64,000 nucleotides of DNA from assembly GCA_023247725.1 (NCBI GenBank), contig JAHFFW010000013.1:1031-65030 (forward strand), given 5' to 3'. The notes under the pieces were generated by a model, which saw only the letters and a program-made list of their open reading frames with translations, was not told the origin of the DNA and did no database searches. A program made the position numbers and the translations under genes. The DNA is from Candidatus Omnitrophota bacterium (GTDB taxonomy: Bacteria; Omnitrophota; Gorgyraeia; Zapsychrales; JAHFFX01). Shown piece after piece: positions 1-8,722 of this stretch (position 1 is its first letter; each line of letters starts with the position of its first letter).

Positions 1-219
1 TTCAAACTCTAAAAGTATCCTTTCTTTAATAACATTATAGTGTTCTTGCGAAATGATCATCTCTCGCTTTTTTCGATTAAGGGCAGAAACGATTTCTGGT
101 AAGCATAGGATACTGACAAGCACTCGTTCCGCTCTCAAACAAAGCCTTTCAACTTTTTGGCTGCCGGATTCCTCTAAATAACGTTTGGCCAAGGCTGAAC
201 TGTCAAAGAAGACATTCAT
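1..219 (-). CDS. vapC: PIN-domain toxin VapC (partial; N-terminal portion, the C-terminal part lies upstream of the window)
   Basis: Reverse-strand translation from ATG at 217-219 gives MNVFFDSSALAKRYLEESGSQKVERL..., a canonical VapC N-terminus (FxDSSAL, acidic residue); 4-nt overlap with the upstream antitoxin stop. Confidence 0.7.
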   Translation of the reverse strand, partial: MNVFFDSSALAKRYLEESGSQKVERLCLRAERVLVSILCLPEIVSALNRKKREMIISQEHYNVIKERILLEFE

Positions 220-440
220 CGATCTTGACGGCGTTCCTCAAGAATGGCTTGGCTTAAAGAAACTTCGGGGATTTTCAGTCGAAGCGCTTTGGTGTGCCAA
301 ACCGGCTCCTTTCTCATTGCAGGGAGAATCCTGGCGATGATTTTTCCGTGCCTTTTAACGCACACTGTTTCGCCTTTTTCCACTGCCGCAAAATAAGCCT
401 TAGCATTCTGTCGGAATACCGTAAAATTGACTGTAACCAT
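216..440 (-). CDS. Phd/YefM-family type II antitoxin (74 aa from internal Met of the 216..497 ORF)
   Basis: MVTVNFTVFRQNAKAYFAAVEKGETVCVKRHGKIIARILP resembles the Phd/YefM N-terminal fold; translationally coupled to the vapC start. Confidence 0.75.
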   Translation of the reverse strand: MVTVNFTVFRQNAKAYFAAVEKGETVCVKRHGKIIARILPAMRKEPVWHTKALRLKIPEVSLSQAILEERRQDR

Positions 441-465
441 TGCCCCTCCCGTTGACTGACTAACA

Positions 466-494
466 ATGTACAAAAAGAGTGTACATTGTGAAAG
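466..494. promoter_or_regulatory. Perfect 10-bp inverted repeat ACAATGTACA-N8-TGTACATTGT upstream of antitoxin start; probable TA operator
   Basis: Palindrome seen directly, 25-55 nt upstream of the antitoxin ATG on the transcribed strand. Confidence 0.4.
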
Positions 495-530
495 CAATTA
501 AGTCAATTTAGAATTTTAAAGACCATTGGC

Positions 531-989
531 TTAAACCCAAAACCTTGCCAATGCCAGCGCCGCCTGCATGGTGAGATTCGTGTACAAGCCGGCCAGCAAA
601 TCATCCAGCATGACCCCCGCCCCGCCCGAAATATTTTCCAACCGATCGATGGGATAAATCTTGAACATATCAAAAGCCCGGAAAAGAAAAAAACCGGTGA
701 ACATCACATCCCACGTGAAGGGCAAATAAAAAAAGGCGAGCAGGATCCCGGCGACTTCATCGATGACAATCAAGGAAGGATCCTTGCGGTTCAAATTCTT
801 TTCGACAACGTCCGAACTGACGAATCCGACGAGCGTAACCGTCAGGAAAACGACAATGGATAAGGCTTTCGCTGGCGCCAAAAAATACGCCAGAACCAAT
901 CCGATCACACTCGCCGCGCTTCCCGGACAAAGCGGAAAATATCCGACGCCAAAAAAGGTCGCGAACGCCTGCGCTAGCTTAAGAGGCAT
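531..989 (-). CDS. pgpA: Phosphatidylglycerophosphatase A
   Basis: FFGVGYFP..PGSAAS and LIVIDEVAG motifs typical of PgpA; adjacent to pgsA. Confidence 0.8.
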   Translation of the reverse strand: MPLKLAQAFATFFGVGYFPLCPGSAASVIGLVLAYFLAPAKALSIVVFLTVTLVGFVSSDVVEKNLNRKDPSLIVIDEVAGILLAFFYLPFTWDVMFTGFFLFRAFDMFKIYPIDRLENISGGAGVMLDDLLAGLYTNLTMQAALALARFWV

Positions 990-1557
990 GGAGGAGTTTT
1001 CGATTATTCCAAAGGTAAGAAAGCCCGGAAATGAGCGTCAAAGACACCGTCGCCAGCATGAGGAGCTCGATGCCGCAGCGCCACCAGGATTCCATCTGGG
1101 GCGTCCAGGAATGATAGGAGGTCAGATATTCCTTCATTAAAATAAAAATAAGGATAACGAAGATCGCGACCACCTGCGAAACGGTTTTGTGCTTTCCGGC
1201 GCGTTCGGCCGCCAGGACCTTGCCCTTCGTCAAGGCAAAGATCCGCAGCCCCGTGATCACGATCTCGCGGCCCAGAATCAAAACGACCATCCAATCGGCC
1301 ACAAGGTGCATGCGCACGAAGGCCAGAAAGGCGGCGAGGATGAGGAATTTATCGGCAATCGGGTCCATCAATTTGCCGAAATCGCTGACCTGCTGGTATT
1401 TTTTGGCGATGTAACCGTCCAAGAAGTCCGTCAAACTCGCCAGGGTGAAAATCAAGGTTGCAATCGTGGCGGGGATAAAACCTTCCCGGGAAATGAAATA
1501 CATGAAGATGAAGGTGAGGATGATGCGGGCAATCGTGAGTTGATTAGGAAAGGTCAC
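979..1557 (-). CDS. pgsA: CDP-diacylglycerol--glycerol-3-phosphate 3-phosphatidyltransferase
   Basis: CDP-alcohol phosphatidyltransferase signature DFLDGYIAKK...GKLMDPIADK. Confidence 0.8.
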   Translation of the reverse strand: MTFPNQLTIARIILTFIFMYFISREGFIPATIATLIFTLASLTDFLDGYIAKKYQQVSDFGKLMDPIADKFLILAAFLAFVRMHLVADWMVVLILGREIVITGLRIFALTKGKVLAAERAGKHKTVSQVVAIFVILIFILMKEYLTSYHSWTPQMESWWRCGIELLMLATVSLTLISGLSYLWNNRKLLHAS

Positions 1558-1608
1558 GTTGGATCTTGTAGAGCTACAAGCCGGTTACGTTTTTTGGTAC
1601 GAAAGAAT

Positions 1609-2859
1609 TTATTTTGTCTCGACAACCCGCCCGGTCAAATCGTACTCGAAGGCGTCGGTCACCTCCACCATTGTGAAGTCACCGATGGTTAAAGATTTTT
1701 GGCTGTGCACATACACCAAACCATCGACCTCCGGAGCGTCATACTGGGTCCGACCCAGGTAAAGCCCGTCGCTGTTTCTTTGCTTTTCTTCAATGAGGAC
1801 CCTCAGGCGCCGTCCCAAAAAACCCTCCTGCACTTTTTGGGCAATCAATTTTTGTTCGGACATGAGCCGGTCGAGCCGTTGTTTCTTGATTCTTTCCGGG
1901 ACCTGGTTCGGATAAAAATAAGCCGGCGTCCCTTCTTCCCGCGAGTAAACAAAGACGCCGACGCGTTCAATCCGCATCTGGCGAACGAAGCTCACCAATT
2001 CGTCAAATTCTGCATCCGTCTCTCCGGGAAATCCGACAATGAAGGTCGTCCGCAGACTTGCTTGCGGAATTTGACGACGGATTTTGGTCAACAAATCAAT
2101 AGTCGCCTGTTTGGTGATCCCGCGATTCATGGCGGTCAGAATCCGGTCATTGATGTGCTGCAGAGGCAAATCAATGTAAGGGCAAATTTTCGGAACGCTT
2201 GCCATCACCTCGATCAACTCATCATCCATATGAGCGGGAAAGGCGTAGAGCAAACGAATCCATTCGATATTCTTCGTCGCCGCGGCGATCTCTTTGAGCA
2301 GGGCGGCTAACGATTTCTTCCGGTAAAGATCCATGCCGTAGGCCGTGATATCCTGGCCGATGATATTAATTTCCTTAACACCCTTTTCGTCCAGGGCCTT
2401 CACCTCGGCGACCACGGTCTCCAGCGAACGCGACGAAAACTTTCCTTTGATTTTGGGAATGGCGCAGAAGCTGCATTGATTAAAACAGCTTTCACAAATC
2501 TTGACGTAGGCGAAATGCCTCGGCGTCAAATAGACCTGCGCCGGAATTTGATCCTTGGTAAAGGCGGGCGTTCCCACAAAGGCATCAACGTCTTTGAATT
2601 CCTGGGCAAGCTCTGTGCCGAATCGCTGCGCCAGACAACCGGCGACAATAATCTTCTTCAGCTTGCCGGACTTCTTGAGATCAATGAGATCCAAAATACA
2701 ATCGACCGATTCCCGACGGGCTTCTTCCACAAAGGAACAGGTATTGACGATCGCCACATCGCAGTCCTTGACTTCAACCAGGCGATGGCCGTTTTTCTTT
2801 AAGCGGCCAAGAATGGCCTGCGAATCGACAAGATTACGGGCGCAGCCCAGGTTGATCAT
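1609..2859 (-). CDS. rimO: Ribosomal protein S12 methylthiotransferase RimO (radical SAM MTTase with TRAM domain); ORF extends to 2919 but likely start is MINLGCARN
   Basis: MTTase N-domain, CxxxCxxC radical-SAM cluster (CESCFNQCSFC), LTPRHFAYVKI and C-terminal TRAM with EYDLTG close to E. coli RimO. Confidence 0.7.
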   Translation of the reverse strand: MINLGCARNLVDSQAILGRLKKNGHRLVEVKDCDVAIVNTCSFVEEARRESVDCILDLIDLKKSGKLKKIIVAGCLAQRFGTELAQEFKDVDAFVGTPAFTKDQIPAQVYLTPRHFAYVKICESCFNQCSFCAIPKIKGKFSSRSLETVVAEVKALDEKGVKEINIIGQDITAYGMDLYRKKSLAALLKEIAAATKNIEWIRLLYAFPAHMDDELIEVMASVPKICPYIDLPLQHINDRILTAMNRGITKQATIDLLTKIRRQIPQASLRTTFIVGFPGETDAEFDELVSFVRQMRIERVGVFVYSREEGTPAYFYPNQVPERIKKQRLDRLMSEQKLIAQKVQEGFLGRRLRVLIEEKQRNSDGLYLGRTQYDAPEVDGLVYVHSQKSLTIGDFTMVEVTDAFEYDLTGRVVETK

Positions 2860-2915
2860 CCCGACCCTGGAACCTTGGGACTTGCGTTCATTGAGAAAAT
2901 CGTGTGTTGTTCGGA

Positions 2916-3890
2916 TCATTTTTTAACCGACAATCCGTCTTTGGTCACAATCACTTTCTTCGCGGCCCGGTCTTCGCGACCGAGCGAGCCAAGAAGTTTG
3001 CCGTTGAGTTCAAATTCCAGTTGATAGATGCTCTTCCCGGAAATTTCAATCGAATCATTGGCATTCCAAGCCTCGGCCATTCCTTTTTTGAGGATCGATT
3101 GAAAGACCACGACGCCGTCCTCCCGGACCTGCAACCAGGTATTTTTCTTCGCTTTGACGGTCAAGAGAATCTTCTTGTGCGTCTTGGCCACAATGCCCAT
3201 CGGTACCGGGACTGCAACCGCCGGGGTGACGGCGGGAACCGCCGCACTCGGGGCTGGGGCCTTTGGTTGTTCAACGATCTTGGGAGCTGCTATGGGAATC
3301 GGCGAAGTGCCGACTGCGGCCGGCGGGACAACCGACTTTAAAATCTTTTCCTTTGACTCAGCAGCGGCCGATTCTTTTTTCGCCTTCTGTGCCTCGCGGC
3401 GGATGTTCTTTTCCACCTTGACCGTATTCGATTTGCGGAACGGAATTTTGGAAACCAAGAAAAACACGAATTTTAAAAGCAGCAGAACCGCGACAAAACC
3501 GATGGCCCCGCGAATCAATAAATCGGGTTTGGGGATGGTGAAATTTTTGCGGTATTTCTTGACGGAAAGCTGCGCGATGGGTGCACCGGTCCCACCCGAC
3601 CCACCCACCGATTGCTCTTTTCTCGGCGCTTCAATTTTCTTTTCTGTCTCCAGATATTGATCCGGCAGTTCTTCCTTGATCTGGCTTAAATCGACTCCCA
3701 GATACTGGGCATACATTTTCAAAAAGCCTTTGTAGTAAAAGGGCGCCAGCGTCCGAATCTTATAACCCTCTTCAATGGCCTTCAAGACATCCAAAGGGAT
3801 CTTGGTTCCTTCGTGAACCGATTGCAGCGAGATCCCCCGCTGTTCGCGGGTGCTTTTCAAACGTTTGGCCTGGGCGCTAGGTTGTTCCAT
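2916..3890 (-). CDS. RodZ-like cytoskeleton protein (XRE-type HTH, TM segment, proline/alanine-rich linker, DUF4115-like C-domain)
   Basis: N-terminal HTH (KRLKSTREQRGISLQSV), single TM, PA-rich periplasmic linker, conserved C-terminal beta domain. Confidence 0.6.
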   Translation of the reverse strand: MEQPSAQAKRLKSTREQRGISLQSVHEGTKIPLDVLKAIEEGYKIRTLAPFYYKGFLKMYAQYLGVDLSQIKEELPDQYLETEKKIEAPRKEQSVGGSGGTGAPIAQLSVKKYRKNFTIPKPDLLIRGAIGFVAVLLLLKFVFFLVSKIPFRKSNTVKVEKNIRREAQKAKKESAAAESKEKILKSVVPPAAVGTSPIPIAAPKIVEQPKAPAPSAAVPAVTPAVAVPVPMGIVAKTHKKILLTVKAKKNTWLQVREDGVVVFQSILKKGMAEAWNANDSIEISGKSIYQLEFELNGKLLGSLGREDRAAKKVIVTKDGLSVKK

Positions 3891-6159
3891 CTTTTTTATT
3901 GGGATTCATGTTCTGGATGAGCCATTCTTCCCGATTGACCAGAATGTCGCGGGGTTTGCTGCCCACATACGGACCCACAAGGCCATTTTGCTCCATAAGA
4001 TCAATGAGCCGTGCCGCACGAGTATACCCTAAACGCATCCTTCTCTGCAAGATGGAGACCGAGGCCTGATTGGTTTCCATGACCAGGCGCACGGCCTCGT
4101 CATACAATTCATCCTTCTCGCCGCTGAGGCCGGCGGCCGCACCGGGTTGGGTATTGAGAATCGAATCATCGTAGGCCGGATTTTGCTGGGTCTTGATGAA
4201 ATCAATGACCTTCTGGATCTCTTGGTCGGTCACAAAACTGCATTGTCCGCGAATCGGTTTAGGGTCCCCCGGGCGCATAAAGAGCATGTCCCCTTTTCCG
4301 ACGAGGTTTTCCGCTCCGTTCATATCCAGCACCGTGCGCGAATCCACCTTGGAAGCAACCTTGAAAGAAATCCGCGCCGGGAAATTCGCCTTGATGACAC
4401 CGGTGATGACGTCCACCGACGGCCGCTGAGTCGCCAGAATGAGATGAATACCGACCGCCCGCGAAAGCTGGGCCAAACGGGTGATGGAACTTTCCACTTG
4501 CTTCGCCGCGACTTGCATGAGATCCGCCAGCTCATCAATGATGACGACAATATAGGGAAGCTTCTGGCCTTTCTCATGATAGCCTTTGATATGGCGAACA
4601 CCGGTCTCTTTAAAAAGCGCGTAACGCGATTCCATTTCGCTTACGACCCAGTTAAGGGCCGCGGAAACCTTTTTGGCATCGGTCACCGCCGGGCATAAGG
4701 CGTGAGGCAATTCGTTGTAGACGGTCAATTCCACCATCTTTGGATCGACCATGAGGAATTTCAATTCTTCCGGCGAGGCGTTAAATAGCATGGACATGAT
4801 GATTCCGTTGACGCAGACGGTTTTCCCTGAACCGGTCGTCCCGGCGATCAACAAATGCGGCATCTCGGCCAAGTCCGAAATAAGCGGCTTGCCGGCGATG
4901 TCTTTGCCCAAAGCGAGCATGAGCCTGGAGCCGGATTTGCGGAATTCACTTTCCGCCAAGACATCTTTTAAGAAAACCGAACTGCTCGAGCCGTTCGGGA
5001 TTTCAATCCCGACACGATTTTTTCCCGGAATGGGGGCCTGGATGCGAACGGTCTGTGCGCGCATGGCCAGGGCGATATCATCGGTGAGGGTGGTGATTTT
5101 TCCGACCTTGACTCCGGGAGCGGGTTCCAATTCGTAACGGGTGATAACCGGACCGCGTTCGACATGATCGACATTGACCGAAACTCCGAAATCCCGCAGC
5201 GTTTCTTCGAGAACGCGCGCGCCATTTTCGAGATCAGCCTGGAGCTTGCTACTCGATAAGACCGGCGGATCGTCCAATAGATCCAAAGGCGGCAAACGGT
5301 ATTGCCCGACGACGGCAGACACAAGCGATTCTTTGGGTTTTTCTTTTTTCGCAGTCTCTTCGGTTTGGACGTTCGCGATCTTGATTTGCGGCAAGGAGGG
5401 CTTTCTCTCCGGTTGCGCAAGTGAGGACGGCACAGTTGGTTTAAAAACCGGGGCTTCCTTTTTGCGTTCGAAGATTTTTTCCTCCGGTTGTTCCCGCAAT
5501 GGCGCAGGCAGAGGTTTTCGTAAAGGCTTCAATGGTGTGACCGGAGCTTCCTTGGCCCGGAGAGGACGTTCCTTCAGCGTAAAGACTTTCCCTTTTTCCT
5601 CCTGCAGTTTTTGTCCAAGAGCGCCAAAAACACCTTTGAATACATCCGGGACCTTAAACAACAAAGGCGAAATCAAAAATTCGCCAATGAGGATCGTGGT
5701 CAAAAGCGCTAACGTCACTAAAATAATGAACGATCCCGTCCGCCCCAAATACTGCACCAAAAAGTCCGAAATGATGAATCCCACGAATCCCGAACGGTCA
5801 AAGCGCAGGGAATTCGTCTGCGAACCGATCATGCTAAAAAGCGCGCTCAAAACGCAGAAAAGCACGACGAAGCTGACGAATTTCGAGAAGGTAAAATTAA
5901 GATCCCGCGAGGCGAGCTTGTTCCAGCTCCAGAATAAAAGAAACACGACGACCGCATAAGCGCTGTAGCCGAAAACGAATAACAGGGTTCCGGCGACGCC
6001 AGCACCGCAGATACGGATCAGATTATGCGCGGGGACATTCGGTTGGGAAGTAAACCACGCGAGGTCTTCGGGATCGAATGAAATAAGGCTGGCCAAGATG
6101 ATCAAGCCCGCCGCCAGGACGATAATTGCCTTTATTTCATTGAGGTGTTGCTGCTTCAT
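3877..6159 (-). CDS. ftsK: DNA translocase FtsK/SpoIIIE
   Basis: N-terminal TM domain, long P/K-rich linker, motor domain with Walker A GTTGSGKTV and C-terminal winged-helix (gamma) domain. Confidence 0.9.
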   Translation of the reverse strand: MKQQHLNEIKAIIVLAAGLIILASLISFDPEDLAWFTSQPNVPAHNLIRICGAGVAGTLLFVFGYSAYAVVVFLLFWSWNKLASRDLNFTFSKFVSFVVLFCVLSALFSMIGSQTNSLRFDRSGFVGFIISDFLVQYLGRTGSFIILVTLALLTTILIGEFLISPLLFKVPDVFKGVFGALGQKLQEEKGKVFTLKERPLRAKEAPVTPLKPLRKPLPAPLREQPEEKIFERKKEAPVFKPTVPSSLAQPERKPSLPQIKIANVQTEETAKKEKPKESLVSAVVGQYRLPPLDLLDDPPVLSSSKLQADLENGARVLEETLRDFGVSVNVDHVERGPVITRYELEPAPGVKVGKITTLTDDIALAMRAQTVRIQAPIPGKNRVGIEIPNGSSSSVFLKDVLAESEFRKSGSRLMLALGKDIAGKPLISDLAEMPHLLIAGTTGSGKTVCVNGIIMSMLFNASPEELKFLMVDPKMVELTVYNELPHALCPAVTDAKKVSAALNWVVSEMESRYALFKETGVRHIKGYHEKGQKLPYIVVIIDELADLMQVAAKQVESSITRLAQLSRAVGIHLILATQRPSVDVITGVIKANFPARISFKVASKVDSRTVLDMNGAENLVGKGDMLFMRPGDPKPIRGQCSFVTDQEIQKVIDFIKTQQNPAYDDSILNTQPGAAAGLSGEKDELYDEAVRLVMETNQASVSILQRRMRLGYTRAARLIDLMEQNGLVGPYVGSKPRDILVNREEWLIQNMNPNKKDGTT

Positions 6160-6162
6160 GCG

Positions 6163-8268
6163 TCATTCGGCTTGCTTTTTGCTTAAATTCATCCGTTTCA
6201 ATTGATCGATTTCAATCAACTTCACTTTGAATTCATCGCCGACTTTTACCGCTTGACTCGCATCTTTGACGTATTTATCGGAGAGTTCGGAGACATGCAC
6301 GAGCCCTTCCCGGCCCGGGAGAAATTCCACGAAGGCGCCAAAATTCATAACGCGGGTGACCTTGGCCGGATAGGTTTTCCCCACAACCGGATCTTCGGTC
6401 ATGGAGTTGATGATCTTGACCGCCTTTTCCACGGCATCCTTATTGGGAGAAGCGACTGTCACCTTGCCGTCGTCGTCAATGTCAATCGAGGCCACCCCGG
6501 TCTCTTCAATGATTTTGCGGATCATTTTACCGCCGGGGCCGATGATTTCTCCGATCTTCTCGGTATTGACCTTGATCGTGACAATCCGCGGGGCATAGGT
6601 CGAGAGTTCATGGCGGGGCATGGAAATCGCGGCATGCATCTTATCCAGAATAAAAAAGCGGGCTTCCTTCGCCTGCTGCAAACCTTTCTCCAAAAGTTTG
6701 AGGCTGATACTTTTGATCTTTAAATCCAGTTGAATCGCCGTCACGCCTTTTCTGGTTCCAGCGATCTTGTAATCCATGTCACCGAAATGATCTTCGACAC
6801 CCATGATGTCGGTCAAAAGAATCGAATCGGCTTCATTCTCGGCGGAAATAAGCCCAATCGAAATCCCGGCCACCGCCCCTTTGATCGGGACACCGGCATC
6901 CATGAGGCTCAAGGTCGAGGCGCAGACCGTGGCCATGCTCGAGGATCCATTCGATTCCAAAATTTCCGAAACCACCCGGATCGTATAAGGAAATTCATCT
7001 TTCGACGGCAGAATCGGCTCAATTGACTTAGCGGCCAAGGCCCCGTGACCAATTTCTCTTCTTCCGGGACCACGCATAGGTTTGGTCTCTCCCACGCTAA
7101 AAGAAGGGAAATTATAATGCAGCATGAAGGATTTGTAAGATTTCCCCTCCAGGGCCTCAATCATTTGCTCGTCGAGGCGGGTTCCCAAAGTCGTCACCGC
7201 GAGGCTCTGGGTCTGACCGCGGGTGAATAAACTCGAACCGTGTGTGCGCGGAAGCACGTTCACCTCGCAGCTAATGGGACGAATATCTTTAAAGCCCCGT
7301 CCATCGCTGCGGCGTTTTTCTTCGAAGGCGATGCGCCGGACTTCTTCGTATTCAATTTTTTCCAGGGCCAGCTTGATATCGCTGGGAGTGATTTCACTGC
7401 CTTCTCTTTGAAATTCGGCAAAGACCGTTAAATCTTTGGTCAGGTCATCCAGCAATTCATTAAGGGCTCCCTCTCGCTCTTCTTTCTGGGGGTAACGATA
7501 GACTTCCCGCAGGCGGCTGGAGGCCATGTCTTTGACTTTCGCCACGAAATCTTCCGGAAGCAATTTGATTTGGATTTCGGCCTTCTTTTTGCCGACGGAC
7601 TTGACCAATTCCTTTTGAATAACAGCGATGGGCAGGATCGCATCATAGGCAAAATGCATGGCCTCTATGATTTTTTCTTCGGGAATTTCTTTCGCTTCCC
7701 CTTCCATCATGATGATGCCTTCGGAATGACCCACCACCGTCAAGTCCAAAGGACTATCTTCGCGTTCTTTATAAGTGGGATTGATGACGAACTGACCATT
7801 GACCATTCCAACGCGCACAGCCCCAAGAGGAGTATTGAAGGGAATGTCCGAAACGACCAACGCGGCGGAAGCCCCCACGAGCGCCAGCACATCCGGATCG
7901 TATTCTCCGTCGGAACTCAAAACCGAGGCCACGACCTGAACCTCATGGTACATTCCTTCCGGAAATAATGGCCGGATGGGACGATCAATGACCCGGGCCG
8001 AAAGAATTTCTTTTTCCGTCGGGCGGCCTTCGCGTTTAAAAAATCCGCCGGGGATACGGCCGGCGGCATAGGTCTTTTCTTGATATTCAACCATTAAAGG
8101 AAAAAAATCCGTCCCCACTTTTGGTCGGGGAGACATACAAGCGGTGACCAGGACGACCGTCCCCCCGCAGGTTACGGTCACGGCGCCGTTGGCTTGTTTC
8201 GCCAATTTGCCACTTTCAATAATTAGATTCTGGGCCCCATAGGGTATTTCTACTCGCCCTAAGTTCAT
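6163..8268 (-). CDS. pnp: Polynucleotide phosphorylase
   Basis: Two RNase PH domains, KH and S1 C-terminal domains; rpsO immediately upstream. Confidence 0.95.
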   Translation of the reverse strand: MNLGRVEIPYGAQNLIIESGKLAKQANGAVTVTCGGTVVLVTACMSPRPKVGTDFFPLMVEYQEKTYAAGRIPGGFFKREGRPTEKEILSARVIDRPIRPLFPEGMYHEVQVVASVLSSDGEYDPDVLALVGASAALVVSDIPFNTPLGAVRVGMVNGQFVINPTYKEREDSPLDLTVVGHSEGIIMMEGEAKEIPEEKIIEAMHFAYDAILPIAVIQKELVKSVGKKKAEIQIKLLPEDFVAKVKDMASSRLREVYRYPQKEEREGALNELLDDLTKDLTVFAEFQREGSEITPSDIKLALEKIEYEEVRRIAFEEKRRSDGRGFKDIRPISCEVNVLPRTHGSSLFTRGQTQSLAVTTLGTRLDEQMIEALEGKSYKSFMLHYNFPSFSVGETKPMRGPGRREIGHGALAAKSIEPILPSKDEFPYTIRVVSEILESNGSSSMATVCASTLSLMDAGVPIKGAVAGISIGLISAENEADSILLTDIMGVEDHFGDMDYKIAGTRKGVTAIQLDLKIKSISLKLLEKGLQQAKEARFFILDKMHAAISMPRHELSTYAPRIVTIKVNTEKIGEIIGPGGKMIRKIIEETGVASIDIDDDGKVTVASPNKDAVEKAVKIINSMTEDPVVGKTYPAKVTRVMNFGAFVEFLPGREGLVHVSELSDKYVKDASQAVKVGDEFKVKLIEIDQLKRMNLSKKQAE

Positions 8269-8278
8269 ACTCTCAACC

Positions 8279-8548
8279 TCATTTACGCAAATTCAATTTG
8301 TTGATGGTTTCTTCGTATTTCTGGGGATCAGACTTCTTTAGGTGGGCTAAAAGACGTCTCCTCTTGCCAATCATGACGAGCAGTCCGCGGCGAGAGTGAA
8401 AATCCTTACGGTGATTTTTGAAATGGTCGGACAGGTAATTGATCTTTTCGGTCAATAACGCGATCTGGACCGTCGAAGATCCGGTGTCTTTGGAATGAAC
8501 CTTGAATTGATCGATGACTTCCGTTTTCTTTTCCTTGAGCAATGACAA
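8279..8548 (-). CDS. rpsO: 30S ribosomal protein S15
   Basis: 89 aa, full-length S15 similarity ([21 protein letters not shown]). Confidence 0.95.
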   Translation of the reverse strand: MSLLKEKKTEVIDQFKVHSKDTGSSTVQIALLTEKINYLSDHFKNHRKDFHSRRGLLVMIGKRRRLLAHLKKSDPQKYEETINKLNLRK

Positions 8549-8722
8549 TGCGAGGTCCCTTCTATCTCCAAAACGTCTGATCGATTCTTTTTTTTAGAAC
8601 AGGCGCTATTATAACCTTTGGGTTTAGCTTCGTCAAGTTTTAAGAATTCCCGAGAGCAAAAGCCCATCCCATTGGTCCTTGGAAGACGCCTTCTTAGAAA
8701 TTTTTCGAATGGGCGCCAAGGC

